A stretch of DNA of 64,000 nucleotides, taken from assembly GCA_951406725.2 (NCBI GenBank), contig OX597821.1, positions 109,864,001-109,928,000 on the forward strand. Reading direction: 5' to 3'. Of this stretch, positions 12,516 to 27,939 are shown in pieces. This stretch comes from Octopus vulgaris (taxonomy: Eukaryota). Made by a program: the position numbers and the translations under genes. Numbering within the stretch: position 1 is the first letter of the stretch; each line of letters opens with the position of its first letter. The notes under the pieces were generated by a model that saw only the letters and a program-made list of their open reading frames with translations, had not been told where the DNA came from and ran no database searches.

Positions 12516-13194
12516 TGTATATTCACTATGTCAAAGATTGATAGATGTGAGCAAATGAAGGTGATTGAAGATGATTACGTAAATCCTGTTCTCTTGTCAT
12601 TCAATAATAAATATTTCGCTGTGTCCTCCTCGCCTGATGTTTTCCTCGAAAGCATTGTATATTAAGTTCTAACAACTAGTTATTAATATCGCTATGTCTA
12701 AGTGAAATCATAATATATGTGTGTCGCGAGTGCATGTGTGTACAATTATGTCTGAGAAGGTGCGTATATTCATTCCCATTGAAGCTTAGAATATGTAACT
12801 AGCCTCAACAGGAATATTCAAAATCTGGAAATATACGAGGCAAGAACAACTATTTCTATCATAATGATTAATGATATAATAATCACGTCAAAAAGAGAGG
12901 GGAAAAACCATATTCTTGAAAATAAATGTATACGAATTGTGAAAACTCTTGTAATTTATTGTGTTAGAGACAGGTCGCTTGCATACGTCTGCCTATGTGC
13001 TGTAATGTACGTGTGTATGTGTGTGTGTGTTTGTATGTGTATGCTTCTGTGTGTGTGTGTGTGTTTATGTGAGCCTGTGTATGTGCGGGAAAGAGTTTAT
13101 ATTACGTGAGAATAGGTTTGCACGCGTGCAGACAGATCACTTATATAATTGGTAAATATGTATATATATCAAGATTTATGTGTGTTTATATGTG

Positions 13195-13284
<90 letters not shown>

Positions 13285-13335
13285 ATATATATATATAGAT
13301 ATATATACAAATATATGAATATGTATATATGTGTA

Positions 13336-13368
<33 letters not shown>

Positions 13369-13415
13369 GTATATGTATATGTATAGAGAGATATATATAC
13401 AAACATGAATATGTA

Positions 13416-13598
<183 letters not shown>

Positions 13599-13857
13599 AT
13601 GTATATGTATATGTGCATATATATATATATATGCAGGAAGCAAAAGTGCAAGAGAGAGAGAGAGAGAGTTGGGGGTGGGTAGAACGAGTGATAAGTTATC
13701 TGAAATTGAAAATGGTTATCTTGAAAAAGTTTGGCACTTCACCATAATGCGTTCTGAGAATATCTATCGTCAGTATATCTAGATGTGCAGTCAGTTCTCC
13801 TCCTTCCAAGATGCCTGATTAAACGTACCCAAAGAAGTCTTTTAAGACATGTATCCT

Positions 13858-14527
13858 CTAGCACAAGGATACCATTTTTTTTTTACTTATGACCCCTTCT
13901 GATTACTGTTTTATTCTGGGGGACCCCTATAGCCATTTGATGCTTAAAGAAACTAGTTTTATAGAAATTTTTTTCAAAATTCATATTTTGTTTTTCCTGA
14001 ATTAACTTGTGTAGGTTGGACTATGTAAAAACGTTAGAGTAAGAAACCGAGCTGTTTTTCGCAATACATGCCGATGCATACATCTGAAGCAAAATTTTTT
14101 TTCAGGGGCCCTTGGAATAATGTTACTCTTCTGTTACTTGTTGTTGTTTGTTGTTTCTTCTCGAGCCATGCCTGGCTCATGAGGGCCGGTTTCCCGGTTT
14201 CCTTGGCGTATAGGTTCCCCACCTGGACGGGACGCCGGTCCGTCACAAGAGAGCTGCAAGATGCAGGAGGAAAGAGTGAGAGAAAATTGTGGCGAAAGAG
14301 TCAGCAGAAGTTCGCCATTACCTTCTGCCGGAGACGCGTGGAGCTTAGGTGTTTCGCTCATAAACACACACATCGCCCGGTCTGAGATTCGAACCCGCGA
14401 TCCTTCGACTGCGATTTCGCTGTTCTAACCACTAGGCCACGTGCCTCCACCTTCTATTACTTGGACCTCCAAAACCTTATATGCACACTCATGTGCCATA
14501 TGGAACCCAGTTAAAAACCACTGCCTT
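13858..14527 (-). mobile_element. hAT/Charlie-like MITE interrupted by a SINE
   Basis: Terminus GGAACCCAGTTAAAAACCACTG (reverse complement CAGTGGTTTTTAAC); internal sequence shared with 24855-25400 and 33478-34238. Confidence 0.6.
14134..14451 (-). mobile_element. tRNA-derived SINE family C, full length
   Basis: Minus strand GGTGGAGGCACGTGGCCTAGTGGTTAG (A box)...GGGTTCGAATCTC (B box); body shared with 37990-38160; (CAA)n-like tail. Confidence 0.85.
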
Positions 14528-14672
14528 AGCAGCATACTGCCGTAGATATATGCTTCTCGTCTGCCTCTCTGTCTCTCTCTTTCTCTCTCTCTATCTGTCT
14601 CTCTCTGTCTTTTGTCTCTCCGTCACTCCAACTTTCTCTTTAATTTCCTTTCATTAATATCCATATATATAT

Positions 14673-15740
14673 ACAGGATTATTTACAAACACTCAGAGAC
14701 TCTCTGATATATATACAGAGATATGACAGATGTAAACAGACACCCCATAAAACATCGTTCCATGTATATTTTAACTTTCAAACGTTTATATTTTTTTTAT
14801 CAATTGACATTTTTGTTTTGGGTTCTATATGTGACTGTTTAACCATGCCACGTACGAAAGAAGCCTTGAAACTGTCCGAATTTCAAAGAAGCTATGCTGT
14901 GGGTCAATCTGAAGATGGACTTGGTCAGCGTAAAATGGCTGAAAACCTTAGGATCCTGCTTTCTACATTTGAGTGATTGTACGATTCACCAGGGTAGGGA
15001 ATGGGTCCACACCACCTTGCCTAGGTCAACCAGGGACCTCTGACAAGACCCTTCGCTTTGTTAAGAGAAGTGTGGAGGATAATCCTCGTTGCACGGCTAC
15101 TGACATAACAAAACAAGTTGATGTCAGTCTCAGAACAGCTGTCAGGTATCTCCACGAGCTTGGTTACTATAGCAAAGAAGCAAGATGGAAGCCACTTCTT
15201 CGTCCAACCAATATCAAATGGAGAAAAGATTGGGCCAGTGAGGTGGTGGAAAGGTCACTGGTATTTTGAGACACTGTCATATTCTCTAACGAGTCCAGAT
15301 TTGCTGTATTTTCTGACAGTGGTCGAGTTTGGGTCTGGAGACACTGTAATCAAGAATTGGACGTGGAAAGATTGCAGCCAACAATGAAACACGGTAGCTA
15401 TTCTGTGATGGTCTGGAGAGAAATTTGGAGCATTGGTTGAACAGGTCTGGTGGTGTGTGAGGGAAACATAAGCTCAGAAAAAATATATGGCTATATTGAA
15501 GAAAGGACTCCTTCCAATCTTCTCAAGCGGTGAAATGATTAAAAGAGACTCTTTATTTATGGAAGATGGGGTTCCTTGTTGCACGGCTAAAAAGACCCAA
15601 GATTTGTTGGGAAAGAATGGCACTAAAAAGCTTCCGTGGCTAAGCCAGTCACCAGATAGGAACTCAATCGAAGAGCTATGGGGCGTAATGGACGGGACAT
15701 TTCATAAAAAGAATAAGAAAGCATCCTCAAAGCCAAATCT
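14673..15740 (+). pseudogene. Decayed Tc1 (DD34E-type) transposase and left end
   Basis: ATG at 14845, MPRTKEALKLSEFQR (paired-like HTH), KPLL, VIFSNESRF, VWVWR, SVMVW, FMEDGVPC, WLSQSPDRNSIEELW; frameshifts and stops; TA-CAGG start. Confidence 0.9.
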
Positions 15741-15900
15741 CAACAAATATTTCCAGGACCACAATGTAGGCGTCAGAACTAACTCTAAGGCCTTGTGGAA
15801 AGAAGTAAAGAGGCATCACATGTCTTTCATTGCTGACAACCCCTAAAACCATGACAGCTGCAGGAAATTTTGTAACACACTTGGCACATCTGTCATTTCT
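15733..15900 (-). pseudogene. Fragment of a maT/DD37D-like Tc1-mariner transposase
   Basis: TKFPAAVMVLGVVSNERHVMPLYFFPQGLRVSSDAYIVVLE resembles the maT-type KFPA.VMVLGVVS.EG.VMPP.FF.G.RVN..Y..VL segment. Confidence 0.65.
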
Positions 15901-15987
15901 TCTCTTTTTGTTCTTGGTCGAAGTTTTTCTCGGGCTGACCAAAGTCTTGTGAGTAGATTTGGTAGACGGAAAGTGAAAGTAGCCCGT

Positions 15988-16057
<70 letters not shown>

Positions 16058-16274
16058 AAAAGTGAGATAGGGGTTGTGAGTGTAACCCTCTATGGGATAG
16101 CATTTATCCAATATACTGCCAGTAAAACACCCAGTAATGCTAATACATAAATGCTAAGAATTGCAATGCAATTAATTCATTTATTGTATTATATGGGCGA
16201 AGGTAAGATGTTTTACCACAAATTCATAATACAAAATAAGAAAATGGAGGAATACACTTTAATCAATCATCTGA

Positions 16275-16599
16275 AAGGTTTATATTCTTTTTATCAATTG
16301 ACATTTTTGTTTCGGGTTCTATATGTGACTGTTTAATCATGCCACGTACGAAAGGAGCCTTGAAACTGTCCGAATTTCAAAGAGGCTATGCTGTGGGTCA
16401 ATCTGAAGTTGGACTTGGTCAGCGTAAAATGGCTGAAAACCTTAGGATCCTGCTTTCTACAGTTAATAGAGTGATTGTGCAATTCATCAGAGTGGGGGAG
16501 GCGTCCACACCACCTTGCCTAGGTCAACCAGGGACCTCTGACAAGACCCTTCGCTTTGTTAAGAAAAGTGTGGAGGATAATCCTCGTTGCACGGCCACT
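16275..16599 (+). mobile_element. Second copy of the 5' part of the Tc1 element
   Basis: Roughly 90-95% identical by eye to 14780-15100; ORF 16339 MPRTKGALKLSEFQRG lacks the frameshift of the first copy. Confidence 0.9.
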
Positions 16600-16698
16600 T
16601 GGTTAATAAATCATGTGAATGGGTATTATCTGGTAGTTGATGATTGATTAAAGTGTATTCCTCCATTTTCTTATTTTGTATATATATATATATATATA

Positions 16699-16928
<230 letters not shown>

Positions 16929-17205
16929 TTTGCCTCCACCCTTCCATCGCTCGTCAACCGTAAGTTAGCGGTTCGGCAAAAGTGACCGAAAGTTTGTAAG
17001 GTAAGCTTACAAACAATAAGTCCTGGGGTCGATTTGTTCGACTAAAAGTGGTGCTCCACCATGGTTGCAGCCAAACAAATGAAACAAGCAAAAGAATAAA
17101 AGAATAAAAGAATATAAAATATATGTACACACACATTGCTATACATATAGAAACATATGCGTATATGTATATGAATGAGTATATGTTAATATATGTATAA
17201 TATAG

Positions 17206-17398
17206 TCGCCATGATTGACCGCTAAATGCACATGTTTTTTTTTTTATTCCCTCTGTTTATTTCTTCGTGTTCCTTTTAGCTGAAGAGCGTAGGCTCGAAA
17301 CGTAAAAGAGGTTCTCACCTTCCCGAGCGTCAAACTAATACACCTGTCTGTTGTTTATACACCTGTCTTCATCTTTCGTTTTTCTGTAAACTTAAACT
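17206..17398 (+). mobile_element. H2 element with degraded HHR (17272-17309)
   Basis: CGCCATG...GAAGAGCGTAGGCTCGAAACGTAAAAGA...CTGTAAACT-(TA)n. Confidence 0.75.
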
Positions 17399-17401
17399 AT
17401 A

Positions 17402-17444
<43 letters not shown>

Positions 17445-17486
17445 GCATATATATGTATATAAGTATGTATATATATATATACATAT

Positions 17487-17571
<85 letters not shown>

Positions 17572-18115
17572 ACATACATACATATGTATTTTTATGTATA
17601 TATATATAAGTATATGTAACAAATACAGTCATTCATATCTAACACTACTGCTACTACTACTACTACTACTACTGCAAAGTTTAATAGTTGTTGTTGTTAT
17701 CATCATTATTATTACTATTATTGTGCTGGTGGTGTTGGTGTTGTTGTTGGTGGTGGTGGTGATGATGATGATGACGACGACAACGACCACAGCGATGACG
17801 GTGGTGACAACGGCGGCGATGATGAAGATAAGCGTACATCCCGCCACGAAAAACCAAAAAAAAAAAACAAAACAAAAACAACAAAAAAGGAGGTAAAAAA
17901 TAGAAGAGAAAGAAAAACACATACGTGTCAGCGGGTAAGTTTACGCACGCGACGGTTGAAGAAGGGAGTGATTGTATAGGAGAGGAAGTGGGTATTTGTA
18001 CTTTGGTATGTATATAGGGGGTAGGTATTTTGAAATTGTTTGCTGCTGGGGATGCACACGTGCAATTAAAGGATGCCGTTTGTTTTAGCTGCCTAATCCT
18101 TTAGTTATATCATTC

Positions 18116-18892
<777 letters not shown>

Positions 18893-19100
18893 TAAGGCAG
18901 CGAGCTGGCAGAAACGTTAAGCACGCCGGGCGAAATGCTTCTGAGTTCAAATTCCACCGAGGCTCACTTTCATCCTTTCCAGCGGCGGGGGGGGGGGAGG
19001 GTGGCGATGAAATAAGTACCAGTGAAATACTGGGGGCCGGTGAAATCGACATATCACTCCCGCCCCAAATAGCTGCCATTTTGCCTATAGCAGAAAGGAT
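18893..19100 (+). mobile_element. SINE family B
   Basis: AAGGCAGCGAGCTGGCAGAAACGTTAAGCACGCCGGGCGAAATGCTT..GAGTTCAAATTCC. Confidence 0.8.
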
Positions 19101-19183
19101 TATTATTATTATTTTATTGTCTTTGTACAGGAGACGTAGTACGGTGTCAGCTGTTCACTACCAGTGAACTAAGGTACCACTCC

Positions 19184-19232
<49 letters not shown>

Positions 19233-19241
19233 TACTATTAC

Positions 19242-19304
<63 letters not shown>

Positions 19305-19309
<5 letters not shown>

Positions 19310-19710
19310 TGGCGAGCTCGCAGAATCGTTAACACGCCGGGCGAAATGCGTTGCCGTATTTCGTCTGCTGTTACGTTGTGAGTTCAGATTCCGCCGTGGT
19401 CGACTTTGCCTTTCATCCTTTCGGGGTCGATTAAATAAGTACCAGTTACGCACTGGGGTCGATATAATCGACTTAACCCCGTTTGTCTGTGCTTGTTTGT
19501 CCCTTCTGTGTTTAGCCCCTTGTGGGTAGTAAAGAAATGGGTATTTCGTCTGTCGTTACGTTCTGACTTCAAATTTCCCCGAGATCGACTTTGCCTTTCA
19601 TTCTTTCGGGGTCGATAAATTAAGTACCAGTTGTGTACTGGGGTAGATCACTAGACTGGCCCCCTTTCCTAAAATTCCAGGCCTTGTGCCTAGAGTAGAA
19701 AAGAATATTT
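19305..19710 (+). mobile_element. SINE family B, dimeric form
   Basis: Body GTATTTCGTCTG..GTCGACTTTGCCTTTCA..GTACCAGTT occurs twice, separated by AATCGACTTAA..TTTAGCCCCTTGTGGGTA; same architecture at 60200-60605. Confidence 0.85.
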
Positions 19711-20454
19711 TCCAGAGAAGCTTGTACTTTTCAAGACGAGGTAAAATATTTTGATACATTCAAAATTATAAAAACTGCGTCCTATACGCCGGCAAATAGA
19801 AAAGTCTGCTTCGAATTTTAACAGAGGGGTATACCATGAAAACGTTCTTCATACATCTTGGCATCAGTTTACCTCTGTTCATGTCTTGGCGTCGGTTATA
19901 GACGAATCATAACAGGGTTTTCTTTTTCATATAAATGTCGGAGCAAAGTTTTCTTATTAGGAATTTATCTGCCCTGATTCTTTACCATTTCTTTCTGACT
20001 CTAGCTCAATAAATAAATTTTGCCAGCGTATAACGCACATCTTTATAATTTTCAACGTATTAAAATATTTGTACTACGTCTAATGCAGTACTATATTTCT
20101 TGCATTTAAAATATAACTGGCACCTCACATTTAGAAACAAGAATTCCCTCACCACCTTGAGTTTGATTTTTACTGGTAATCAGGAGTGGGAAGCGTCTAG
20201 TTGCGGCTTACCAATCAAATCTTGCTGCTACAATATATGAAACAGCAACAGCTTTTGCACAAACAAGTGCACATACATTGAATATTTAGTTAACGGATTC
20301 TATATATTGGCAATTCACATCGAACATAAAAGATCATAACCAGACCTACAAGCTTTCTATCCTGTATGGCAATTCTCTTGAGCAAAATATAAACAACAAG
20401 TTGATCTGAAAGAAGATAAAGCTACAGTACTCCCATAACTTAATTTACTATGAA

Positions 20455-20818
20455 CTAGCACTATGACCCGGCATCGCCGGGTCATAGTGCTAGTGCATGC
20501 ATATACAGCTGCATGCGTGCGCACATACACGTGAGTACTGTCCAAATCTCTGACCAATCACATACAGCTAGCTGGCATTCAATTGGCGGATCAAGTTTCG
20601 GGCATTTTGATTGGGTTTTGGATAGAAAATTCACAAAAAAGTCACTTCTATTGATTTTTTAATGGCTTTACGGGGTGACTGGGGTAATGTAAAGATGTGC
20701 ACGACCACTCTTGGACGGTTTTGAATGACCATAGAAAGTGCGAGCCTTCTAACTGAAAAATTGTGGATTTGTATAAAGGACACACACGCAGACATTTTGC
20801 CGTTTATATATATATAGA
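20455..20818 (-). mobile_element. Non-autonomous Helitron
   Basis: Minus strand starts A|TCTATATATATATAAACGGCAAAATGTCTG and ends with hairpin GACCCGGC-GAT-GCCGGGTC then ATAGTG-CTAG|T: canonical 5'-TC, 3'-CTAG and A/T target. Confidence 0.8.
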
Positions 20819-21510
20819 TTTAATGTTACATACTTTATTACAGCATATTATGACAATATTTTCACGTACAGAATCATACACTTCTTCAACAAAGCCATTT
20901 AAAAATATCTTTCAATGGACATATGATGAAACAGTGAATTTGTTGCTCATCAAAATATACTTGTAAAAGAGGGATGAGTCTTATGCGCCAGCGCCTCTTA
21001 TACGCCAGAAAATACGTAACATAGCCTGACATCTTAAAACAAGCAATTAGAATACTTAATAATGCTACCCAGTATGCACCGTAATTAAATAAAAGACTGG
21101 ATGGTCATAACTGGAATGTTTTTGAACATTTATAGGTGTTTTAGTAAGTCTTAGCAGAAGCATAGCATTTAAGGCAATCAAAAATAAATCACAGTTTTAA
21201 ACAAGAGATTTTGGCGGGAATGATTCTCCACAGAGTAAAAGAAACCGTTGTTTTATTTATCTAATTTTTTATTTATTTATTTTCGTTTTGTAATTTTTGA
21301 ACTCATTCCAGTGTAAAGTTACCTCATTGATCCCGTTGTCCTGTTGAGAAGAGCGCCGTGGAGACCAAAGTTTCACTTTGCACTGTAAATATACGTCGTA
21401 TGACTCCCACGTTCCTCTCGACTCGTGGCTGCGCTTAAAAAACTATTATTTATGAATTAAACACTGAGCACATCCAGTCTGGAGCGTGTCGACAAAATAA
21501 AGGGCTTATC

Positions 21511-21554
<44 letters not shown>

Positions 21555-21601
21555 CTGCAAACCGAGCATTTTAGAGAGTATTATTATTACTATTATTATT
21601 A

Positions 21602-21684
<83 letters not shown>

Positions 21685-21704
21685 CTTCTTCTTCTTCTTC
21701 TTCT

Positions 21705-21741
<37 letters not shown>

Positions 21742-22272
21742 GCTGCTGCTGTCTAACAGAAAGGCGCTTTCACGACAGCATGGGTTCGAAAGCCCAACAG
21801 TGGCAATAAAAATAATTTTTAGATTAAAAATAATAAACATCGGATATTTTCTGTTGTTGAAGACATTGTATCAGAAAGAAGAGACTACACCTATGAGTAT
21901 ACACATGTATATGGTCTTATATGAACGCATGTGTGCATATATATATGAGTATGTGTATATACATGTCTATTACGTGTAAATGTATATGTGTATACATAAA
22001 GTATTTTCGCATTTATATACATGTATATGTATGTGTATTTATGTACGGATACAGATATATGGCTGCATTTAAATATATATATATATATATATGTGTATAT
22101 ATATACATATATATATATAAATACATATATATATATATATGTGTGTATATATATATATATGTATATATATACATACATATATATATATATATGTCTGTCT
22201 GTATGTATGTATGAATGTATACAAATATATGCATGCATAAATATATATCCAAATATATATTTATATACGTAT

Positions 22273-22307
<35 letters not shown>

Positions 22308-22432
22308 CACAGATATAAATATATATATATATATATATATACATACATATATAAGTATAAACATACATACATATATACGTCTATATATGATAGCATTTAA
22401 CTGTGTAAATATGCACACATGATATAATATAA

Positions 22433-22472
<40 letters not shown>

Positions 22473-23251
22473 TGCCTATATGTGTGTGTATCTATGTATG
22501 TACTTAAATGCGATATACACGATTCCTATCTTAATATGTCGACGAGGCAGTTGGGGACAGTGGTGGCGTGGGTGGTTGTGGTGATGGTGTTGAGTCGTCA
22601 ACGTCGCCATTTTGTTACTAGTTATGACCTAGCGTAAATATTTTGTCTTCTCATCTACAATTTTCAACTTAGGTTTCTGTATCACTACCTTTTTGTTTTT
22701 TAATGTCAGCATGTCGTAATGTAAGCAAGGGAAATGGGTTCAAACGCTGTCGTAACTGCGGGCCTCTCTTTTACCTCCTGTATCTTGGCTGTCTATATTT
22801 TTGTCTGTATACAAGAAAGAAAGGAGTTGTGGCTGTTTAATATGTTTGAAAACAACTGCTGTGTAAGAAAGTCCAAACGAAACCAACCCAGCCCAATCCA
22901 ATCCAGCCGTACCCAGCCCACCATAGAAGTTTATAACCGTTTTATTTTCATTTTTGGCTCATGTGTCTGTTTTTTTTAACAGTTTGATGGAATCGGTGTC
23001 TCTGAGGAGACTAGCTGGGATTCTGTGAGATTTAAGTACAGCAATTATCACAGGATTCTTAAGTCCTTTACGAAAAAAAAAAACCCCAGAAATAATTCTT
23101 TAAAACAAAAAAAAAAAAAATTGCTCATGCATGACTGTGTGGTTAACAACTCGCTTTGCTACTACGTTGTCTCTTGTTCAATCCCACCGAGCGGCATCAC
23201 AGGCGAATGATTCGGAGTGAATTTGGCAGACGGAAAATCAAACTGCCCATC

Positions 23252-23334
<83 letters not shown>

Positions 23335-23387
23335 TGGATGGATGGATGTATGTATATACATGTGTGTGTATATATATGTATATATGT

Positions 23388-23436
<49 letters not shown>

Positions 23437-23546
23437 ATAAACATACATATATAGGACAAAGGAATCTATATATGATCGACCCCGAAAGGATGAAAGGCAA
23501 AAGCATTTAACTGTGTAGATATGCACACATTATATAATGTAATATT

Positions 23547-23585
<39 letters not shown>

Positions 23586-23649
23586 CTATATGTGTGTGTA
23601 TGTATGTATGTACTTAAATGCGATATACACGCTTCTCATCTTAAAAAAG

Positions 23650-23905
23650 TCACTTGACCCTGTTATCTCCCCTCTCGCGTCTGACCATTGTCCGAAGTCA
23701 AGACGCCATGATAGATCGTTAGCTACTACACGTATTTTTTTCTCTCCTTGTTTCTCTTCTTGTTTTTGTCTATGTATCTTTCTGTCGAAGAGCGTAGGCT
23801 CGAAACGTAAAAGACTTTTTCTATTCCTGAGCGCTATACTAATACATTTGTTTGTTTGTACTCCACCAGCCTTCGTCTTTTGTTTATTTTCGTAAACTTT
23901 CCCTT
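23650..23905 (+). mobile_element. Longest H2 copy; HHR-like motif at 23777-23814
   Basis: TCTTT-CTGTCGA-A-GAGC-GTAG-GCTC-GAA-ACGT-A-AAAGA; 3' end runs into (TA)n. Confidence 0.8.
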
Positions 23906-23977
<72 letters not shown>

Positions 23978-24060
23978 TATATGTACATATATATATATAT
24001 ATTTATGTATTATATATATATATGAATGTATATACATGTGTGTGTATATATATGTATATA

Positions 24061-24095
<35 letters not shown>

Positions 24096-24330
24096 GTATA
24101 TGTATGTACGCATGTATAAGCATCTCTATTGTGTATATATTTATAACTTTACTTTAGCCTAATCTAAGTCGTGTGTATTCGTTATTTTTTCTCTTTGCCT
24201 ACGTAAAAAAACGTATGTTACTGTATGCGAGAAATTTATGGCAGCGGAATGGTATTTTAACTGCTATTTCTAAATTCGGTGCGTGGCGAAGCAATTAGCT
24301 GACCAATTATGCTTATAATTATAGAATATT

Positions 24331-24364
<34 letters not shown>

Positions 24365-24404
24365 TACATACACACACACATACATACACAGATACGTATC
24401 TACA

Positions 24405-24457
<53 letters not shown>

Positions 24458-24854
24458 ACGAAAAAGAATGCAGTGAGGGTTTGGGACAATTATTAATCCA
24501 GTACTTCCACCTCTTTTGTGGTGTATGTCTGCGTTTCTTCTCCTCACCACCACCACCTGACAACCGGTGTTGGTTTGTTTTCATATCCATAGCTAGCAGT
24601 TCGGCAAAAAAGACCGACAGAATAGGTAAGTACTCAGCTTTACAATAAATAAGTATTAATTCCGGTATTCTCGACTAAACACTTCAAGTCAGTGCCCCAG
24701 CATGGCCGCGACCAAAAGTCTGAAACAAATAAATGGTAAAAACGATTATGGAGTTAAAGATGTCGACGAGCCTTTAAAGAGTCTCGGTGTAGAAATATAA
24801 ATTTGTAATTGCTATTGTTGTTGTTGTTGTCTAATATCGCCTTAATTAAATAGA

Positions 24855-25400
24855 CCGATTGTTCTCAACCGGAGCCCGTACGGCCCCTGAGGGTCCATAT
24901 CACATTTGCTTTTTTGTGGCGGAGGGGACACGACAAAATAGTAAATTCGAGATTCACAATAATATTGTAAGGGTTCCTGAAAAAATCTTGATTTAGATGT
25001 GTGCGTTGGAATGTATCACAAGAAATAGGTTTCTTTCTCTAACAATTTACTTAGTTCAACCTACACAATGTGTGAAAGACAAAACAGGAATTTTAAAAGG
25101 AGTTTTTATAAAACTAGTTATAGACATCAAATGGCTTTGGGGTCTACCAGAATAAAATAGTAATCAAAGGGGTTCATAGATTAAAAATGGTTGCGAACCC
25201 TTGCTTTAGATGTATGTATTGGTATGTCTTGCAAGAACCAGTTAATTTTCTCGTTTTACATAGTACAATCTTCATAAGTTAATGTGTGAAAAACAATTTA
25301 GGAATTTTGAAAGAAGTTTCTATAAAACTAGTTTTTAAACTATGGGGTTTCACCAGTCAAAGGGGTCCTTAGATAAAAAAAAAACTGCCTGAGAACCCTG
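24855..25400 (+). mobile_element. hAT/Charlie-like MITE with a partially duplicated right half
   Basis: TTGTTCTCAACCGG...GGGTCC...GGTTGCGAACCC (about 25200) and a second end TGAGAACCCTG (about 25400). Confidence 0.6.
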
Positions 25401-25599
25401 AGCTACACCTTAACATAGACGTCCATCCCATGGTTATTAAGGTTTAATTTGTTGTACCTTGAGGAATGAGATGAAGAACTGGTTGTCGGATTCCACGGTG
25501 ACCATTCGGTTAGTTGTTCGATTAGCTGAACCTCCAAGTTGCTAAATCAAAGTGAAAGTAGTTGCGAGACCTGCATCTGTAATGAAATTCCCAGGCCGA

Positions 25600-26432
25600 G
25601 ACATCTTGCTTCCCAACAACATGGTTCCGGATTCAGTCCCATTGGATAGCACCTTGAACAAGTTTTTTTCTATTATAGCCTCGGGCCGACCAAAGACTTA
25701 TGAGTGGATTTGATAGAGAGAAACTGAAAGAAGCCTGTCGCATATGCGTGTGTGTTTGTACCCTCACGGTCGCTTGATAACCGACGTTGGTGTGTTTATG
25801 TCCCTGTACATTAGCGGTTCGGCAAAAGAACCGATGGAATAAGTCCTTGGGTCGATTTGTTCAACTAAAAACAAACCCTTAAGGCAGAGCTATAGCATGG
25901 CCTCAGTTAAAAGACTAAAACAAAAGAATAAAAAATTATATATATATATGCGCGCTCATGCGTATGTGTGTATAATATAAATATATAAAAACGTGTGTGT
26001 GTGTGTTATGCATGTATATATATATATATATATATTCTTTTATTCTTCTACTTCTTTCAGCCATTTGACTGCGGCCATGCTGAAGTACCGCCTTTAGACG
26101 GGCAAATCGACCCCAGGACTTATTATTTGTATGCCTAGTACTTATTCCATCGGTCGTTTTTGTCAAACCGTTAATTTACGGGGACGTAAACATACCAGTA
26201 TCGATTGTCAAGCGATGTTGGGGGTGGGGTGGAAAAACACAGACACACAAACATATATATACATACATATACATATGATGGGCTTCTTTCAGTTTCCGTC
26301 AACCAAATCCACTTGCAGGGCTTTGGTCGGCCGGAAGCTATAGTAGAAGACACTCGCCCAAGGTGCCTCGCAGTGTGACTGAACCCAGAACCATTTGGTT
26401 GGTAAAGAAGCTTCTTACCACGCAGCCACTTC
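25600..26432. mobile_element. Two SINE family A copies, tail to tail (25600-25935 +, 26035-26432 -)
   Basis: Family A blocks present in opposite orientations. Confidence 0.8.
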
Positions 26433-26472
26433 TATATATATGTGTCTGTGTGTGTGTATATATATATATATA

Positions 26473-26517
<45 letters not shown>

Positions 26518-27006
26518 TATGTATGTATACATGTATGTATGTGGGTGCATGTATACATTCGTATATGTATGTACGTATGTATGTATGTATATATGTATGT
26601 ATGTATGTATGCATGTATGTATGCATGTGTGTATCTAAAGGCACACATATCCTAAAATGTCGGCTAAACGTCATGCACAGCCTTGTTGTTTTTATATTTC
26701 GGTTCATTCTATTTATTTATTTTGTTTGCAGCGTTTAGACATCAGCAGCCGCGAAGCACCGAACGAGCGGCGTCTCCGTCTATAATTTAAGACACGTCGT
26801 GTTTACAAAACATGCGAAGGTGTCTTGTCGTGGAATTGGCTCATCATTGAGACTCAACTGTGTCTTGATGTAAACATGATTTACAAGCTAATGTCTTTAA
26901 CATTCTCTCTCAAAGTTATCTTGGGTAATTGTGTTGAACAATATGTTAATTCCATCTTAACTTCTTGTCTTTCGGCGCTGGACAGGAAATGTAGTTGTTG
27001 CTGTTG

Positions 27007-27068
<62 letters not shown>

Positions 27069-27120
27069 GAAAGAATGAGAGGGAAGGTAGGTAGATAGGT
27101 AGATAGATAGATAAATGCGC

Positions 27121-27235
<115 letters not shown>

Positions 27236-27294
27236 TATATATATATATATGAAGAAAGAAAGAGAGGGAAGATAGATATATAGATATATGCGTA

Positions 27295-27337
<43 letters not shown>

Positions 27338-27576
27338 ATTTATATATGTATATATATATTTATATATATATATATATATAGTTCTCCGTAAGTATCATTA
27401 TCTTTTTCTCTTCCCAGCTCTCTCTCTATCTATCTATCTCTCTCCCTGTTCACACACATATTTACCGACGTATACGCATACATAAATACGTAAGTACATA
27501 GATGCACTCATAAGTATATACATAAATATGCACACACTCACACATACACACACATATGTACATATATATATTTCTG

Positions 27577-27676
<100 letters not shown>

Positions 27677-27677
27677 C

Positions 27678-27773
<96 letters not shown>

Positions 27774-27939
27774 GATACATAGATAAGCACCAACATACAT
27801 AATTTCTTAAGTACGTATGTACATTCATACATACTACGACCGCACGTACATACACATACACACACAAAAGCACACCTATACATACATACATACATACATA
27901 CATACATACATACATACATACATACATACATACATACAC

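Noticed and set aside
17720-17934. Open low-complexity frame ending at a GTAAGT donor
   Set aside because: Built from triplet repeats and A-runs with no clear acceptor or start; cannot be supported as coding.
19775-21018. Possible decayed pogo/Tc2-like element (ends like CTTATACGCCAGAAAATACGTA; similar end near 10230-10256)
   Set aside because: Too degraded to define both TIRs or a transposase frame with confidence.
22391-23650. Local ~150-bp duplication (22391-22540 versus 23502-23650), and small tandem duplications at 9521-9635 and 35287-35452
   Set aside because: Real but ordinary slippage or duplication in microsatellite-rich DNA.
26732-26925. Strong acceptor TTTTGTTTGCAG followed by CpG-rich sequence
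   Set aside because: All three frames stop within about 60 nt; could be a UTR or terminal exon but is unsupported.
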